Of a DNA stretch of 64,000 nt, positions 1 to 11,594 are shown in pieces. A program made the translations under genes and the position numbers. How positions within the stretch are numbered: position 1 is the first letter of the stretch; each line of letters starts with the position of its first letter. The stretch is taken from NCBI GenBank assembly GCA_963837175.1, contig CAWIMJ010000039.1, positions 1 through 64,000 of the forward strand, written 5' to 3'. This stretch comes from an uncultured Nitrososphaeraceae archaeon (GTDB taxonomy: Archaea; Thermoproteota; Nitrososphaeria; Nitrososphaerales; Nitrososphaeraceae). The notes under the pieces were generated by a model that ran no database searches, was not told where the DNA came from, and was given only the letters and a program-made list of their open reading frames with translations.

Positions 1-281
1 TCACATTTCTTAATGTAAGATATATCTCTGCTTGTGCTATACACATCCATATTGGCAAGTCTGTAATCATTAATTTACCTACTGCTTTTCTCAAGAGAAG
101 TTTTTCCTCATCAATATTTTCTCCCATTAAAAAATAGATGATTGATGCAATATCCTAATCAAATAAGATCTCAATTTTCTCAAATAAAATGCAACAAGAT
201 AAATTACATAACTCCATTATAGCACTCAAATTTGCGTATTCGCAAATGATAATTTATCAATAATTAATTATTCATTATCTA

Positions 282-1196
282 TTAAACAAGCATTAACCAC
301 TTTTTGCTCAAATTCTTATTTTCTCCATGAACTGCCGATTCATAAAGCATTTTTAGTCGTTGTGAAATTGCACCTGTTTTTCCATAGCTAATAGTTCTGT
401 TATCAATTTCAACAACCGGCTTTATTTCTGCTGCCGTTCCGGTTAAGAATACTTCATCAGCTAAGTATAATTCATCCCTTGATATATCGCGAATTTCGCA
501 GGAAATTCTATTATCTCTTGCAAGAGTCAATATGCTGTCTCTTGTTATACCATTCAAGGCTCCTGACATTATTGGCGGAGTGATCAAAACGTTATCTTTG
601 ACAATGAAAATATTTTCTGCGCTAGCTTCAACAACCATGCCATTTGTATTAAGCATGATCGCTTCATCGAATCCCGATTTTAGTGCTTCTACTCGAGCTA
701 GGGCAGAATTAGCATAATTTGCTGTTGCCTTTGCATGGACAGGCATTGATCTGCCATCTATTCTGGCCCATGAGGAAACCATCATACGTATGCCATAATT
801 TAGATTATCACTTCTTAAATATTCATCCCACTTCCATAATGCAATTGCGACAGAAACCTTATTAGGCATAGGATTAACTCCCATCTTGCCATAGCCATAA
901 TATGCAATTAGACGGATATAGCATTCTTCTATTTTGTTTGCTTTTATAGTATCAATTACTGCCTCTTGAAGCTGTTCTTTAGAATATCTGATATTCATAA
1001 AGTATATTTTGCCGCTATCCAATAACCGTTGAATGTGTTCAGGCGATCGAAAAACTGCCTGGCCATGGATAGTTTTGTAACAGCGAATTCCTTCAAAAAC
1101 TCCTGTTCCATAATGTAAAGCATGGGTAAGGATATGAATTTTAGCCTCATCCCAGTTTACAAGGGATCCATCCATCCATATTTTTCGTTCACTCAT
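282..1196 (-). CDS. ilvE: branched-chain amino acid aminotransferase (PLP class IV)
   Basis: Motifs HALHYGTGVFEGIR, AKATANY, EASAENIF, GITRDS, FLTGTAAEI; likely start ATG at 1196 (MSERKIW), overlapping the lysC stop by 8 nt. Confidence 0.95.
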   Translation of the reverse strand: MSERKIWMDGSLVNWDEAKIHILTHALHYGTGVFEGIRCYKTIHGQAVFRSPEHIQRLLDSGKIYFMNIRYSKEQLQEAVIDTIKANKIEECYIRLIAYYGYGKMGVNPMPNKVSVAIALWKWDEYLRSDNLNYGIRMMVSSWARIDGRSMPVHAKATANYANSALARVEALKSGFDEAIMLNTNGMVVEASAENIFIVKDNVLITPPIMSGALNGITRDSILTLARDNRISCEIRDISRDELYLADEVFLTGTAAEIKPVVEIDNRTISYGKTGAISQRLKMLYESAVHGENKNLSKKWLMLV

Positions 1197-2625
1197 AGTG
1201 CTTACTACTAGCATGAATTTTGCTTCGCTTTGCATGAATTGCCTTTACTGCGTCGGCTACGTTGATACTTTTATCTTCAACAACTATTAGAATTCTTGAT
1301 GTTTCCTCTTGAGCATCCAGATTCAGAATATTGATATTATGTTCTCCAACTGTGCTACTAGCTGTAGAGGCGATCTTTGGGATACGCCACATCATATCTC
1401 CAATCAGAGTAACTACACCTCTTTCATAAACAATCTCTACTTTGGGATAATATGCTCTGAAATGGCGCTCTTGCCTTCTTACATAGTCAGCATCAAGAAA
1501 AAGCAATCTTGTAATTTCAGTGTCCTCTCTTTTGTAAGGAGATAATTTTATAAAATCATGATATTGTTTATCTTTTTCAAGTGATGCTATCAGATAAGTG
1601 GCAGCAATACTCTCCATTCTTACAATCGCACAGTTCTTCTTTCCTGTGACAATTTTTACTAGATTGCTATCTTCTGCATCTGATAGAGTCCTTTGAATTA
1701 TTGTGATATTGGCTGGATTTGTCATATTTGTTATAACTATTGGAATATCCAGATCATTATCATCAATTTCTTTTATGGCTATGGGATCTAGAATCTTCAT
1801 TCCAAACATTCCCGCTAACTTTGCTTCATTATAAGATAGATGTTTTACGTATTCGAGATCATCTTTTACAATCTTTGGATCTGCACTTAACACGGCATTA
1901 TCTTTTTCAAAATCTAGTTTCATATTATAACGACCATGTAATAGTATTGCAATATCTGCCGCTGTTCTGTCAGAACCTCCGCGCTCATATGTTGTTTCAA
2001 GTCCGTCAACAGTTTTACCGATAAAACCACCTATTGACACAACTTCATTTTGTTCTACTAAATTAATTAGATGATTAAAGTTTTGTTTTGATTCTTCGCT
2101 CATAAAGTTTGCAGCTTCAAAATTATCATCCGTAATTATTGGCCATTTTTCGATATTCACATGGTCGGACTTGATACCATAACTTCGCATAACGTAATCC
2201 ATAAGATAAGAGATTATAACCTCACCGCTGTATGCAAGGGTTCTAGATCTGGTAACATCAACAAAACGCTTATTCTCAGCCGCTTGTTTTAATGAAATTA
2301 TTACCTGATGATAGAATTTATCAAGGTGTTGAAAGAATTCATTATGAAACTTTTTGATAACATACTCGGCAGCAATCCGTTCATAAACTTCTCGTAAAAC
2401 TTCGATTTCTATTGGATTGGATGAAGCATAGTTCCTTCCAACTTTTATTGCAACATCGGTCATGGAAACCACTTTTTCTTCATAATTAATAAGAGGGGCA
2501 GAGAAAACAGCAACGATCTTAGATTCCTGCTTCATTTGCTTTATACGATCAATAATTTTCGGAATTAAGACACCATCTATTCCAAGAGCACTACCGCCAA
2601 ACTTAGCCACTGTAACATGATTCAA
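1189..2625 (-). CDS. lysC: aspartate kinase
   Basis: N-terminal VAKFGGS, RGGSDRTA, SADPKIV, LSYNEA and a C-terminal ACT-like region. Confidence 0.9.
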   Translation of the reverse strand: MNHVTVAKFGGSALGIDGVLIPKIIDRIKQMKQESKIVAVFSAPLINYEEKVVSMTDVAIKVGRNYASSNPIEIEVLREVYERIAAEYVIKKFHNEFFQHLDKFYHQVIISLKQAAENKRFVDVTRSRTLAYSGEVIISYLMDYVMRSYGIKSDHVNIEKWPIITDDNFEAANFMSEESKQNFNHLINLVEQNEVVSIGGFIGKTVDGLETTYERGGSDRTAADIAILLHGRYNMKLDFEKDNAVLSADPKIVKDDLEYVKHLSYNEAKLAGMFGMKILDPIAIKEIDDNDLDIPIVITNMTNPANITIIQRTLSDAEDSNLVKIVTGKKNCAIVRMESIAATYLIASLEKDKQYHDFIKLSPYKREDTEITRLLFLDADYVRRQERHFRAYYPKVEIVYERGVVTLIGDMMWRIPKIASTASSTVGEHNINILNLDAQEETSRILIVVEDKSINVADAVKAIHAKRSKIHASSKHYE

Positions 2626-3032
2626 TTGATTAATCTCGCTTTGGATGCTACTATCTATACCTATATATTAAATATTAAGCTATTTTTGAAATTGCTTTGG
2701 CAGGAGACTTTCATGATCATCAGTACCGCCGTGGATATCGCCCTTTAGTTTCAGCTGCATTAATAACACACACACAAGAATAGACGTAGAGGGCCTTCCT
2801 CTGCAGTTACAGACATCAGGATATACATCAAATACTATAATAATACGGCCTAAATCAAATATCGACAATAATGCAGTAAGATGGATTTGAGCATGGTGGA
2901 TAAACAACACTACTATAACCATTCCGTCATTGTGACGGAATAATTGTTTGCGTACCAATATAGATAATACCCTGCTTAAATTGACAGTTACTATTATATT
3001 CTAATTTACATAATTTTACTTGATACTACGGG

Positions 3033-3422
3033 GTGTTGTTTTTTGATAAATTATCCGAGATTCTATATGATGAGCTTCCTGAAACAACATCTGCCTATTC
3101 CAAAGTCATGATAAATATTGACCGTTTTAACATTGGTCAGAGTTATGTTACAGCAAAGGTGGAGAATAGATATGGAGATATAACTAATATTAATATCGAA
3201 GGTGGACTGACAGGTATTGAACTACAAGAGGATCTTTTCAATATAAAAGGTAAAAGCCTAAGCTTTGCATATCTAATAACAAAGATTAAAGAAGACGATA
3301 AAATCTTGGTCAGAAAATTACCCATAATAGGACAGAAAGACTGGCTTTTAATTTATGATGATACTTTTTTTCTTATGGCAGTCAAAGATGCCTATGATGA
3401 AATTGAAATCCTTGTTATATGA
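3033..3422 (+). CDS. hypothetical protein
   Basis: 129 aa ORF with protein-like composition, no motif recognised. Confidence 0.65.
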   Translation: MLFFDKLSEILYDELPETTSAYSKVMINIDRFNIGQSYVTAKVENRYGDITNINIEGGLTGIELQEDLFNIKGKSLSFAYLITKIKEDDKILVRKLPIIGQKDWLLIYDDTFFLMAVKDAYDEIEILVI

Positions 3423-3734
3423 CATAATCGAAAGTGTTCTATCGAAAAATAAAATACACATTGATTAATAATGTGGTATCTATTGATTTATTAAGTCATG
3501 TACATTTTATTATCATTCTCCAATTTCATATGAATAGTGATTTGAAGAATATAATATAATTGATTATGCAAAAGAATATCAGAACATAGGAGTAGGATGA
3601 TTTACATTTTGTATTCTGTCAGGCAATTAGTCCCAAAACAAAGTATTGATTAAATCAACCCCTAATGGGCAACCTTATTAAAAAGATATATTAAGAAAAG
3701 CTTTGAATAGGTAAATATAAAAATTACACTTTAT

Positions 3735-3869
3735 ATGAAATGTGCTTGTTGTGGCGGTGACATGATAGTGGAAAAGGAATTAGAAAAGATAACGATTTAC
3801 AAATGCAGAGAATGTGGTCTTAGCAATACTGAGTTAAAGAAAAATAACATATCTGATAGCCATAAATGA
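3735..3869 (+). CDS. 44 aa zinc-ribbon microprotein
   Basis: Translated by hand: MKCACCGGDMIVEKELEKITIYKCRECGLSNTELKKNNISDSHK*, two CxxC knuckles, AT-rich TATA-like sequence upstream. Confidence 0.7.
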   Translation: MKCACCGGDMIVEKELEKITIYKCRECGLSNTELKKNNISDSHK

Positions 3870-4019
3870 CGCAACATTCTAACAGGCATGCAGTATGTGT
3901 TTAAAAGAGAGTGTTTAAAATTTACATTATATCATGAATAAATTATCTTTATATATTTTCAAAATTTTTTATGCCAGAATTAATCTTCAATGTTTGTATG
4001 ATTAACATATTCTTATTTA

Positions 4020-4181
4020 TTATCTATCTTCTACTCTGTTCAATGCCTTTTTCCTTTTAGCACTGGTTCCTGTCTCTCTAGTACCTGAGGATATAATTTC
4101 AATTAGCTTTGCTTTTCTATTTGAATCGGGTTTAGGTCTTAGCAATCTTCCTAATCTCTGGATAAATTCCCTGCTGTTTGA
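4020..4181 (-). pseudogene. C-terminal remnant of an XPB/Rad25-like SF2 helicase
   Basis: SNSREFIQRLGRLLRPK...KAKLIEIISSGTRE: helicase motif VI (QRxGR) plus XPB-like tail; no own start codon. Confidence 0.7.
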
Positions 4182-5204
4182 CTATTGTTTTTTCCTTATG
4201 TTAATTGGTAGATAATTAGTATTATGCATATGAATTACATATATTCCAAGAAATCCTAAAACACCTCCCAGAATAGCAAGAAAGATGTTTTCAGGTAAAT
4301 TAGTCGCTATTCCAAATTCTTTCAGCATCATTTGTATTAAGACGGTAATAAGAATACTAGAAGACCCTATGGTTGCTGTAATAGATGCTCCTATTCTGCT
4401 TAAGCCAGTAGAATAACACAGAGATCCAATAAAAGGAACTAATGAAAAGAGTATTAACAATGTAAAAGTGATCGTCAATGGTTGTTGCGAAGATGAAAAT
4501 CCCCCAGCTGATGACATGCTAAGAGAGTCATGCAAAAATCCAACCATAAAACCAACCAAAATTAATCCAGCGACTAACATTGAGGATCCTGCTACTTCTA
4601 TAGATGAATGTATTGAAACAAGTTTAGTTAAAAAGAGAACACCAATCGCAAATCCAAGGGCAGAAAGAATTGCTTCTATATCACCAAAGGTAATTATTGT
4701 TGATGAAGATAGATATGTTATTACTTCAGTCTTCATACTCTCGTCAAGAACATTACCAGCATCACTTGCTACAGCCATAAAGAATCCTATTAATGCCAAA
4801 ACAATACCAATAACCTGAATTCTATCTAATTTCTCATTCAAGAATATTTGTGCTAAAACAACTATAATTACGATTTCAAGAGGTCCAGCAATAAGGATTT
4901 CTTTTGAGGCACCAATTCTACTAATAGAATCATACCATGTGAATACCCCAACTGCTAGTAAGAAACAAGCCAAAAGAAGGTTTTTCCACGATTTTGAGAA
5001 TAATGCAGGTATTCCTTTCTTTTTCATTAAAAAGGCTGCAGTCAGTAACAGCATAATACCTGCCAAGGTTATGCTTATGGCTGAAATCATAATCGGAGGA
5101 ATTTGTAGGAAAGTAGTAGTTAAAAACTCGATAAGAATTGACTCTATGGATATGGTTATCGCGTAAATAAAAACCACCCATGATTTACGTATTAACAATG
5201 TCAA
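4182..5204 (-). CDS. EamA/DMT-family transporter
   Basis: About ten hydrophobic segments in two repeats; FLNEKL..IGIVLALIG and RIGAS motifs. Confidence 0.85.
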   Translation of the reverse strand: MTLLIRKSWVVFIYAITISIESILIEFLTTTFLQIPPIMISAISITLAGIMLLLTAAFLMKKKGIPALFSKSWKNLLLACFLLAVGVFTWYDSISRIGASKEILIAGPLEIVIIVVLAQIFLNEKLDRIQVIGIVLALIGFFMAVASDAGNVLDESMKTEVITYLSSSTIITFGDIEAILSALGFAIGVLFLTKLVSIHSSIEVAGSSMLVAGLILVGFMVGFLHDSLSMSSAGGFSSSQQPLTITFTLLILFSLVPFIGSLCYSTGLSRIGASITATIGSSSILITVLIQMMLKEFGIATNLPENIFLAILGGVLGFLGIYVIHMHNTNYLPINIRKKQ

Positions 5205-5397
5205 ATGGCTATAACAGCAAAGAAATTACTAATATATAATATGAAGATTCAATCTTCAAGCAGTAGCAGCAATAAGTCTGAACCAATAGATAAAATGACC
5301 AATTTCAATGACATATATTTTAATAACTGACAAAATCATCCTTTAGAAAGAGAGTGTAACTTTAAATATATATTAACAGTATAATTTATTCATCAAC

Positions 5398-5607
5398 TCA
5401 AAAATCTTTTTTCGAGTGCGAATTTGCTGATTGCTCATTCTGCTTTTCCTTTTTAAGAAGATTATGATCCATCTTTCCCATTTTTATTGAACTCCAAAAT
5501 TTTCTTTTCAAAAGTGCAATACAATCTTCGCAAACAATATCATTGCCTTCATAGGATTTAGGAGTAAACCGTTTACCGCAATCTATACATATTTTTTTAT
5601 TACTCAT
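5398..5607 (-). CDS. small zinc-finger protein
   Basis: CIDCGKRF...VCEDC. Confidence 0.65.
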   Translation of the reverse strand: MSNKKICIDCGKRFTPKSYEGNDIVCEDCIALLKRKFWSSIKMGKMDHNLLKKEKQNEQSANSHSKKDF

Positions 5608-5944
5608 GACTTTATATCCATATGCTTTAATAAGAAGAATATTATTTTATATTAAAAAGACTATAAGTTTATAACATTACATTTACTTCCAGCCCTGAAA
5701 AAGTTTGTAAATCTGTTCATGAAGTTTGCAAGAATAAGTGCTTGAATGATGCAAACATATGTTCTATTGAAACATGTGGGTAGTAGTGGTGGTGGGCAAT
5801 AGACTATAGTAAACACATAAAGCTGACTGACAATTCCTATTATTACAAATATCACATATAACTGTGAATACATAACAGTTTGGAACTTTTAACTCAGAAA
5901 AAATGATTAGATCATATTACTATCTGGTATACTTGTGTATATTT

Positions 5945-6202
5945 CTACGTATTTTTCAATTCTGCGTGAATTACTTTCTTTAAATCTGGATCCGTATTAT
6001 TACCAGCATCAGATAATTTTTTTATCAGAAAGTCCTTCCATGAAATACTACCATATGCTTTAACAACGGCTTTATGCTCTGCTATAAAGCTGTCACATAT
6101 CTGATAATGTCTGTAACAGTATTTACTCTCGATGGAGGAGGAGAGAGAAGAAGAAAGTTTCACTCCACATGCAAAACATTTTCTTTGTTTTGTGGTTTCC
6201 AT
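5945..6202 (-). CDS. small CxxC/CxxH protein
   Basis: CFAC...YCYRH. Confidence 0.6.
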   Translation of the reverse strand: METTKQRKCFACGVKLSSSLSSSIESKYCYRHYQICDSFIAEHKAVVKAYGSISWKDFLIKKLSDAGNNTDPDLKKVIHAELKNT

Positions 6203-6740
6203 ATTAAATCAATCTAATAAAAGGATTTTAATTTAGAAAGAGCAAATATTAAAGTTTTCTAAATTATTATTTTGTAATCATTATCATTGCACTTGTTTAT
6301 CTTGACTTAGATTATACACGAGTAAATTTTTTGGTGTCTTTTTCTTTAATATTAGAGTGTAACTGGCAGCCTGAAATGACTTGTCTCAAGGAAATCTATA
6401 GTTGTATTTATCAATACAATACAGTATTATATTATACATAGTCTTTATACGAACAATATACCCCAATGTAAAATAATTATTATTAATAGATTGTGATTTC
6501 TTTACTTTTTTTATATTATATGAAGCAATATCTTCTTCATTTCAATTACTACTACAATTAATATACTAAATATTATGAAGAATTCCAGTCAACCATAACT
6601 GATAATAAATTAAATTTAATAATGAAAAAACTTATTTTGTATAAAATAATGATAATATAATTCCCGTTATAGATCTACATAGTTTATAGGATTACATTTG
6701 GTAATGATGATAAGTAAGATAATCTATATAGAATAGCAAG

Positions 6741-6986
6741 ATGCATAGTAATACTCCTAATCCTTTAATTCAAAATGTAGGATACAACTGTACTGATAAC
6801 CGTCATTTTGTACTCTGTGAATCATGTTTTTGGAGTGCAACTATTTTCAAATCTGGTAATAAACAAGAACATAAAACCAATGCTTGTCCTATTTGTTTCA
6901 ATGACAACAGTATTACACTAATTCCACTTACAAGAAATGAAGTTTACGAATTATCTGTTAGATCCAGAGATGGATTAGAGATGTAG
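6741..6986 (+). CDS. small zinc-ribbon protein
   Basis: FVLCESCFWSA...CPIC. Confidence 0.75.
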   Translation: MHSNTPNPLIQNVGYNCTDNRHFVLCESCFWSATIFKSGNKQEHKTNACPICFNDNSITLIPLTRNEVYELSVRSRDGLEM

Positions 6987-7696
6987 TTTTCAAAATTGAT
7001 AAAAAGTCCAGGCTATTGAATTCTGCATACAAATGAACATAATTTCTTTTTGATAGAACAATGTAGTCTATTATATTGGTATTAATTGCAGCTCATGCGC
7101 TAGTGACAAAGACATATTCTCCCTGATCAAGGAGAATTTTTGTATGTAATATGTTGTAACAAAGTTAAAGATCATCATAAGAGAAATGCGATCCAGAAAT
7201 GAATTAGTTTCAGACTGCTCTTCTATCTCTTCGATTGACAAGCCTCCAAATTCTCCTATTCGATCATATGCTGCAGTATAACTAATACATCAATTCTTTT
7301 GCTTGCCATTATTATCTTATTGATACATATCTATAAATTTTATTATCATTAACATCAAGCTGCAAAGGTCTGGTTTTGGTAGAATAACACCTCTCTTATT
7401 TACTAAAGGTCTTACAAATAACCTAAGACCATAACTTAATTAACTTAATTTACGTTTGTGAATATAGATTACTTGTTCATGCCGAATAGATAGATTAAAA
7501 GTGGCTTTATCTCAAAAGATGATTCTGACAAAAGTATCAAAATCTCATAATCCTGCTGGATTGCGGATCATACAGAGTATTATTTTCTTTAAAGTATTCA
7601 GTCTCTTTCATTTGATTTCTTTTCTTATTGAATTGCTACTATGATTAGCATATAGAGATTATACAGCAACATTCTACTACTAATCACAAATACCTT

Positions 7697-8359
7697 TTAT
7701 GACTTTTTTATAATCTTTCTAATTGATACCATAAATAGTTCAATTTTTTTTTCAACCGCTATGAATAACAAAGCAATACCAACCCCCAAAAGTATTCCTC
7801 CAAGTACATCTAGCGGATAATGGCCACCTACATATACCCTGGAAAGACATACAAGAACTGCTTCTACAGACAAAGCTAAAGATATTATCAGTTTCTTGTG
7901 TGAATCCCTAAATAATACTAAAGCAGATGTTGCACCAGCGGATACTATCATTGCATGACCAGAAGGAAAGGAATATTCTTTATCAGCTGCTAGCAAAAAA
8001 TCTGACTTTGGAATTATTGGTCTAGGTCTTGCTACTATTTCTTTTGCTGCGATACCTATTGGTATGAGGACAAGCATTGATAATGTCATTACAATCGCCG
8101 TCTTTTTGCCTGTCCACCCACCGACAATAAACAAAAGTATTATTACCATAGACCATACTACCTCTCTTCCATACATAGTCATCCATATCATAAACTGATC
8201 GAAAGAAGAGTAGTGCAAGTTGTTAATCTGTAGAAAAGCTGAGGTATCAACATGAATGATTGGAGTATCAGCATTATGGTTTATTGTTGGAGAAACTATC
8301 AGAGCAATTAAGATAAAGAAGCTCAGAATACTAATGGAACTGAGAATATATCTATTCAA
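7697..8359 (-). CDS. PAP2-family membrane phosphatase
   Basis: KEIVARPRP, SFPSGH, SRVYVGGHYPLDV. Confidence 0.92.
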   Translation of the reverse strand: MNRYILSSISILSFFILIALIVSPTINHNADTPIIHVDTSAFLQINNLHYSSFDQFMIWMTMYGREVVWSMVIILLFIVGGWTGKKTAIVMTLSMLVLIPIGIAAKEIVARPRPIIPKSDFLLAADKEYSFPSGHAMIVSAGATSALVLFRDSHKKLIISLALSVEAVLVCLSRVYVGGHYPLDVLGGILLGVGIALLFIAVEKKIELFMVSIRKIIKKS

Positions 8360-8888
8360 ATCTTAACAACTCTTATATTATCACTTTATGGAATAGGTAC
8401 CGTTTGTTTGTTTATACCTTGTTGTTTATGAGCCATATCTAACGCTTTGGTTTGTGGGTTATTTAATAGACTATCAACTTCATAGGGCATCTTCGTTTTA
8501 GTTGGTATTACTGGTATTGATGATATTATTGTTTTTCGGAGTCTGTAAATTTTGTCTTTGGTATAACTCGTTTCCTACTGAAGAGATGTAGCAAAGTATT
8601 TTGTAAATATGATCATGCAGAGAAATAAAATTCCAACCTCAAATAATAATATTCGATAACTCCTTTTTCTAACCAATGCAAATCCAAAAATGATAGGAAA
8701 GTAAGTCCCTTCTCTTTCGCAGAATAGTATTGGTACTCAATAATATAACACATTGTGTGTAAATATATTATCTATATTTAAATAAAACGTTAACAAATAT
8801 CTGATTATTGATGATAATAATAACAAAAATTTAAGGTATAGTGCTGGTTATTTTAGTTTATCTGTTTATTTATCGATCTATCTGTCTG

Positions 8889-9503
8889 TTATTTTGTCCA
8901 ACTACTATTTCCCATTTGAGTATTATTACCCTTCAAATAACCTTGTCTATATCCATGCTCATCCATAACCGTGCCATAGATTGGTGTATTTCCAAAGTGA
9001 TTATTGACCTTTGAAGGATCAAGCCATATGCTTATCACTTTATCACCCATAATCCTTATGCTAGTCGGTATATCCGTAACTGGACCTTCCTTCAGACTTG
9101 CTGTCGCTGTTCCATTAAATATTCTTGTCATATTGTTTGGCATCGACATATTGGATAGAACAAAATTAGTAATAGTATGGTTATGCGCTGCTGTTCCATT
9201 TAGTTTTACCATCTTAAATGAAGTATTAAATACGGAACCTAAAGGCGAAGATGAGGTATTTCCTTGGCTAGTATTATTACTCTGAGATTGATTATTCAAC
9301 AAATTCCCCTTCCAGTGACCTGATACTATCCAGCTGGGATTGCCGTTCTCATCATTTTGTATACTAGCTATTGTTCCAAAAGTGGTATTTCCTTTCTCGT
9401 AGCCTCTTGGATATGCCATAACTTGATTATTCTGATTATTTGCGATCAATACTCCTGCAATAATTATAGATGTAGCTATTGTAATGGCAGATTTAGTACT
9501 CAT
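8889..9503 (-). CDS. exported hypothetical protein
   Basis: Signal-peptide-like MSTKSAITIATSIIIAGVLIA followed by beta-rich, N-x-S/T-rich domain; start uncertain. Confidence 0.7.
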   Translation of the reverse strand: MSTKSAITIATSIIIAGVLIANNQNNQVMAYPRGYEKGNTTFGTIASIQNDENGNPSWIVSGHWKGNLLNNQSQSNNTSQGNTSSSPLGSVFNTSFKMVKLNGTAAHNHTITNFVLSNMSMPNNMTRIFNGTATASLKEGPVTDIPTSIRIMGDKVISIWLDPSKVNNHFGNTPIYGTVMDEHGYRQGYLKGNNTQMGNSSWTK

Positions 9504-10188
9504 TCTATGCATGTATGTTTTATTTTGCGATACCGGTATTTGTATCTTGGTTTTTTGGTATGAAAAAGTTAAGCATAACTCTAATTTCAACTATTTGCGA
9601 ATAATCAATAATTACAGTATGTCTTTTTCTTTAGTTATAGTTATGAACAAAGACTTGTAATACTAATCATTTTAGATAGAATATCAATAAAAAATAAGCA
9701 AAAAAGTATATTGGAGAAGAAGGATATTTGTGCTCAATCATAAAAAGTATTTATAGAAAATATGAATCAGTAAAAATAAAAATCCCACTTATATCGTTAA
9801 GATATGTAAGAGTATATACCATATGCAGATAACACTAACTTTAAGAGAGTGAAGAGAAGTCTAGTTGTAGATTATGATAGATATAACTTCAGTTTTCAAG
9901 ATGGTTGTTTTAGAAACAAATGTCTTAAAATGATACCTATAATGAACAATCCTTTATTGGCATTATATAATTTCAAAGATATGTTATCATAACAATATCA
10001 CAATATATTAGTTTTTATCAGCATATTATTTTAGTCTATCTTTAGATCCTCTATTGACATTAGCTAAAACAAAGACAATATCAATACATCTGTAAAATTT
10101 TTTGCTATTCTCATTTTAAAAAATCATAGTGCCTAACTTGATTTCATGATGGTAATATTTAAAAATAATAAGGAACATCGAACCTTAA

Positions 10189-10650
10189 ATGACAACATTA
10201 GAACATGACGTAGAAATTAAAGCACCAGTACAGACAGTGTTTGAATATTACACAAATCCAGAAAACATCAAAGAGGCTTGGCCTAGGGAGATAATAAAAG
10301 AATCGGAACCTATCTCAGCGTCAAAAAATGAAGAAGGTTCAGAAATGAAAGTAAAAGGAGAATATATGGGAAAAGAAGAGGAAATGTTAATGGAAGTAAC
10401 AGATAAAGAACAAAACAGAAGATTGGCAACTAGACAAACACAAGGACCATTTAAGAAATTTGAAAGTATACAAGAATTTCAAGGTAATGGAAATATTACA
10501 CATGTTAAACATATAATTGAATACGAATTACCTACAACAGGAAAAGTTGCAAACCTTCTTACCGGTAGTCAGGCGGATAAAAAGTTAAAGCAAGGATTAG
10601 AACAGGCGGCTCAAACAGTAAAGCAAAATCTTGAGTCTAATAGAGCATAA
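10189..10650 (+). CDS. SRPBCC (polyketide cyclase/START-like) protein
   Basis: VEIKAPVQTVFEYYTNPEN..W, QGPFKKF..., HIIEYELP. Confidence 0.85.
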   Translation: MTTLEHDVEIKAPVQTVFEYYTNPENIKEAWPREIIKESEPISASKNEEGSEMKVKGEYMGKEEEMLMEVTDKEQNRRLATRQTQGPFKKFESIQEFQGNGNITHVKHIIEYELPTTGKVANLLTGSQADKKLKQGLEQAAQTVKQNLESNRA

Positions 10651-10690
10651 CATAAGGTCACATATTAGAAATTGAGGAGCTGAAAAGTAA

Positions 10691-11044
10691 ATGTCAAATC
10701 AAAATAATCGTCATAACGTAGAGCACTTTGAAATACCAGCAGATGATGTAAATAGTTTGAAGAATTTTTATTCTTCGTTATTTGCATGGCAATTTGAAGA
10801 AGGCGAAACTGAGGGATATTGGATGATAAAGAATGCAGGAATAAGTGGAGCAGTAACGCAAAAAGAAAATCCTGAACAGATATCAACGCAATTCGTAACT
10901 GTGAAATCAGTCGATGATTATATAGGCAAGGCGCAACAATTAGGTGCAAAAGTAATAAAAAATAAGAAAGAAATATCAGAAGGTTATTTTGCAGTCTTAG
11001 AAGATCCTCAGAAAAATACATTTGGAATATGGCAAAGCAAATAG
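10691..11044 (+). CDS. VOC/glyoxalase-family protein
   Basis: VEHFEIPADD, FYSSLFAWQF, LEDPQKNTFGIW. Confidence 0.9.
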   Translation: MSNQNNRHNVEHFEIPADDVNSLKNFYSSLFAWQFEEGETEGYWMIKNAGISGAVTQKENPEQISTQFVTVKSVDDYIGKAQQLGAKVIKNKKEISEGYFAVLEDPQKNTFGIWQSK

Positions 11045-11225
11045 CATAAAAAGTAGATTATATCTTATTTCTATTATTTTTTCTTAATAGTATTTTTTGA
11101 TTAGTTTTATGAGTCTCGATATCTTTATACAAGTAAAGTCAATAATAATAGAGTTAGCACTATAATGATTTGTTGGCATTATTTAAATAGGAGAGGAACA
11201 TTGATAGTAATGTAGTCGAAATAAA

Positions 11226-11558
11226 TTGGCAAAATCGGTTATGTTTAATTTGGAGTTAGATCTAGCAGAAAGTTATATCTATGGTCATGCTGTTACAGAT
11301 AATGATAAATTATATAAGATAAATATACAGGTTGGAAACCAATCTCTAATTTTTCCTGAAGATTTTGAAATAGATGCAAATCAAGCTTTGATATCATTTG
11401 ATATTGGAGAAGAAAAGAAAATTGTATTAAATAGCAGCATCACAAAAGGCAACACAGATATGATTGAGTTTTACATTAATGATGATAAGACCATGCAAAA
11501 TTTAGCAAATCATCTACCGGTATCTATGACAATAGTAATGGATGGCCATCAAAAATAA
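11226..11558 (+). CDS. hypothetical protein
   Basis: 110 aa ORF co-oriented in cluster, GGAG-like element upstream. Confidence 0.65.
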   Translation: MAKSVMFNLELDLAESYIYGHAVTDNDKLYKINIQVGNQSLIFPEDFEIDANQALISFDIGEEKKIVLNSSITKGNTDMIEFYINDDKTMQNLANHLPVSMTIVMDGHQK

Positions 11559-11594
11559 TAAAAAAATTATAACAGTAAGTGAATAATAATAACA

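Noticed and set aside
532-2024. Short + strand ORFs over ilvE and lysC, and similar antisense or alternate-frame ORFs throughout the track
   Set aside because: Shadows of well-supported genes
2680-2958. 92 aa minus-strand ORF
   Set aside because: No motif, odd composition; more likely degraded sequence
10030-10190. CarH-like operator repeats upstream of the SRPBCC gene
   Set aside because: A few ACA-ending words occur but without consistent 11 bp phasing
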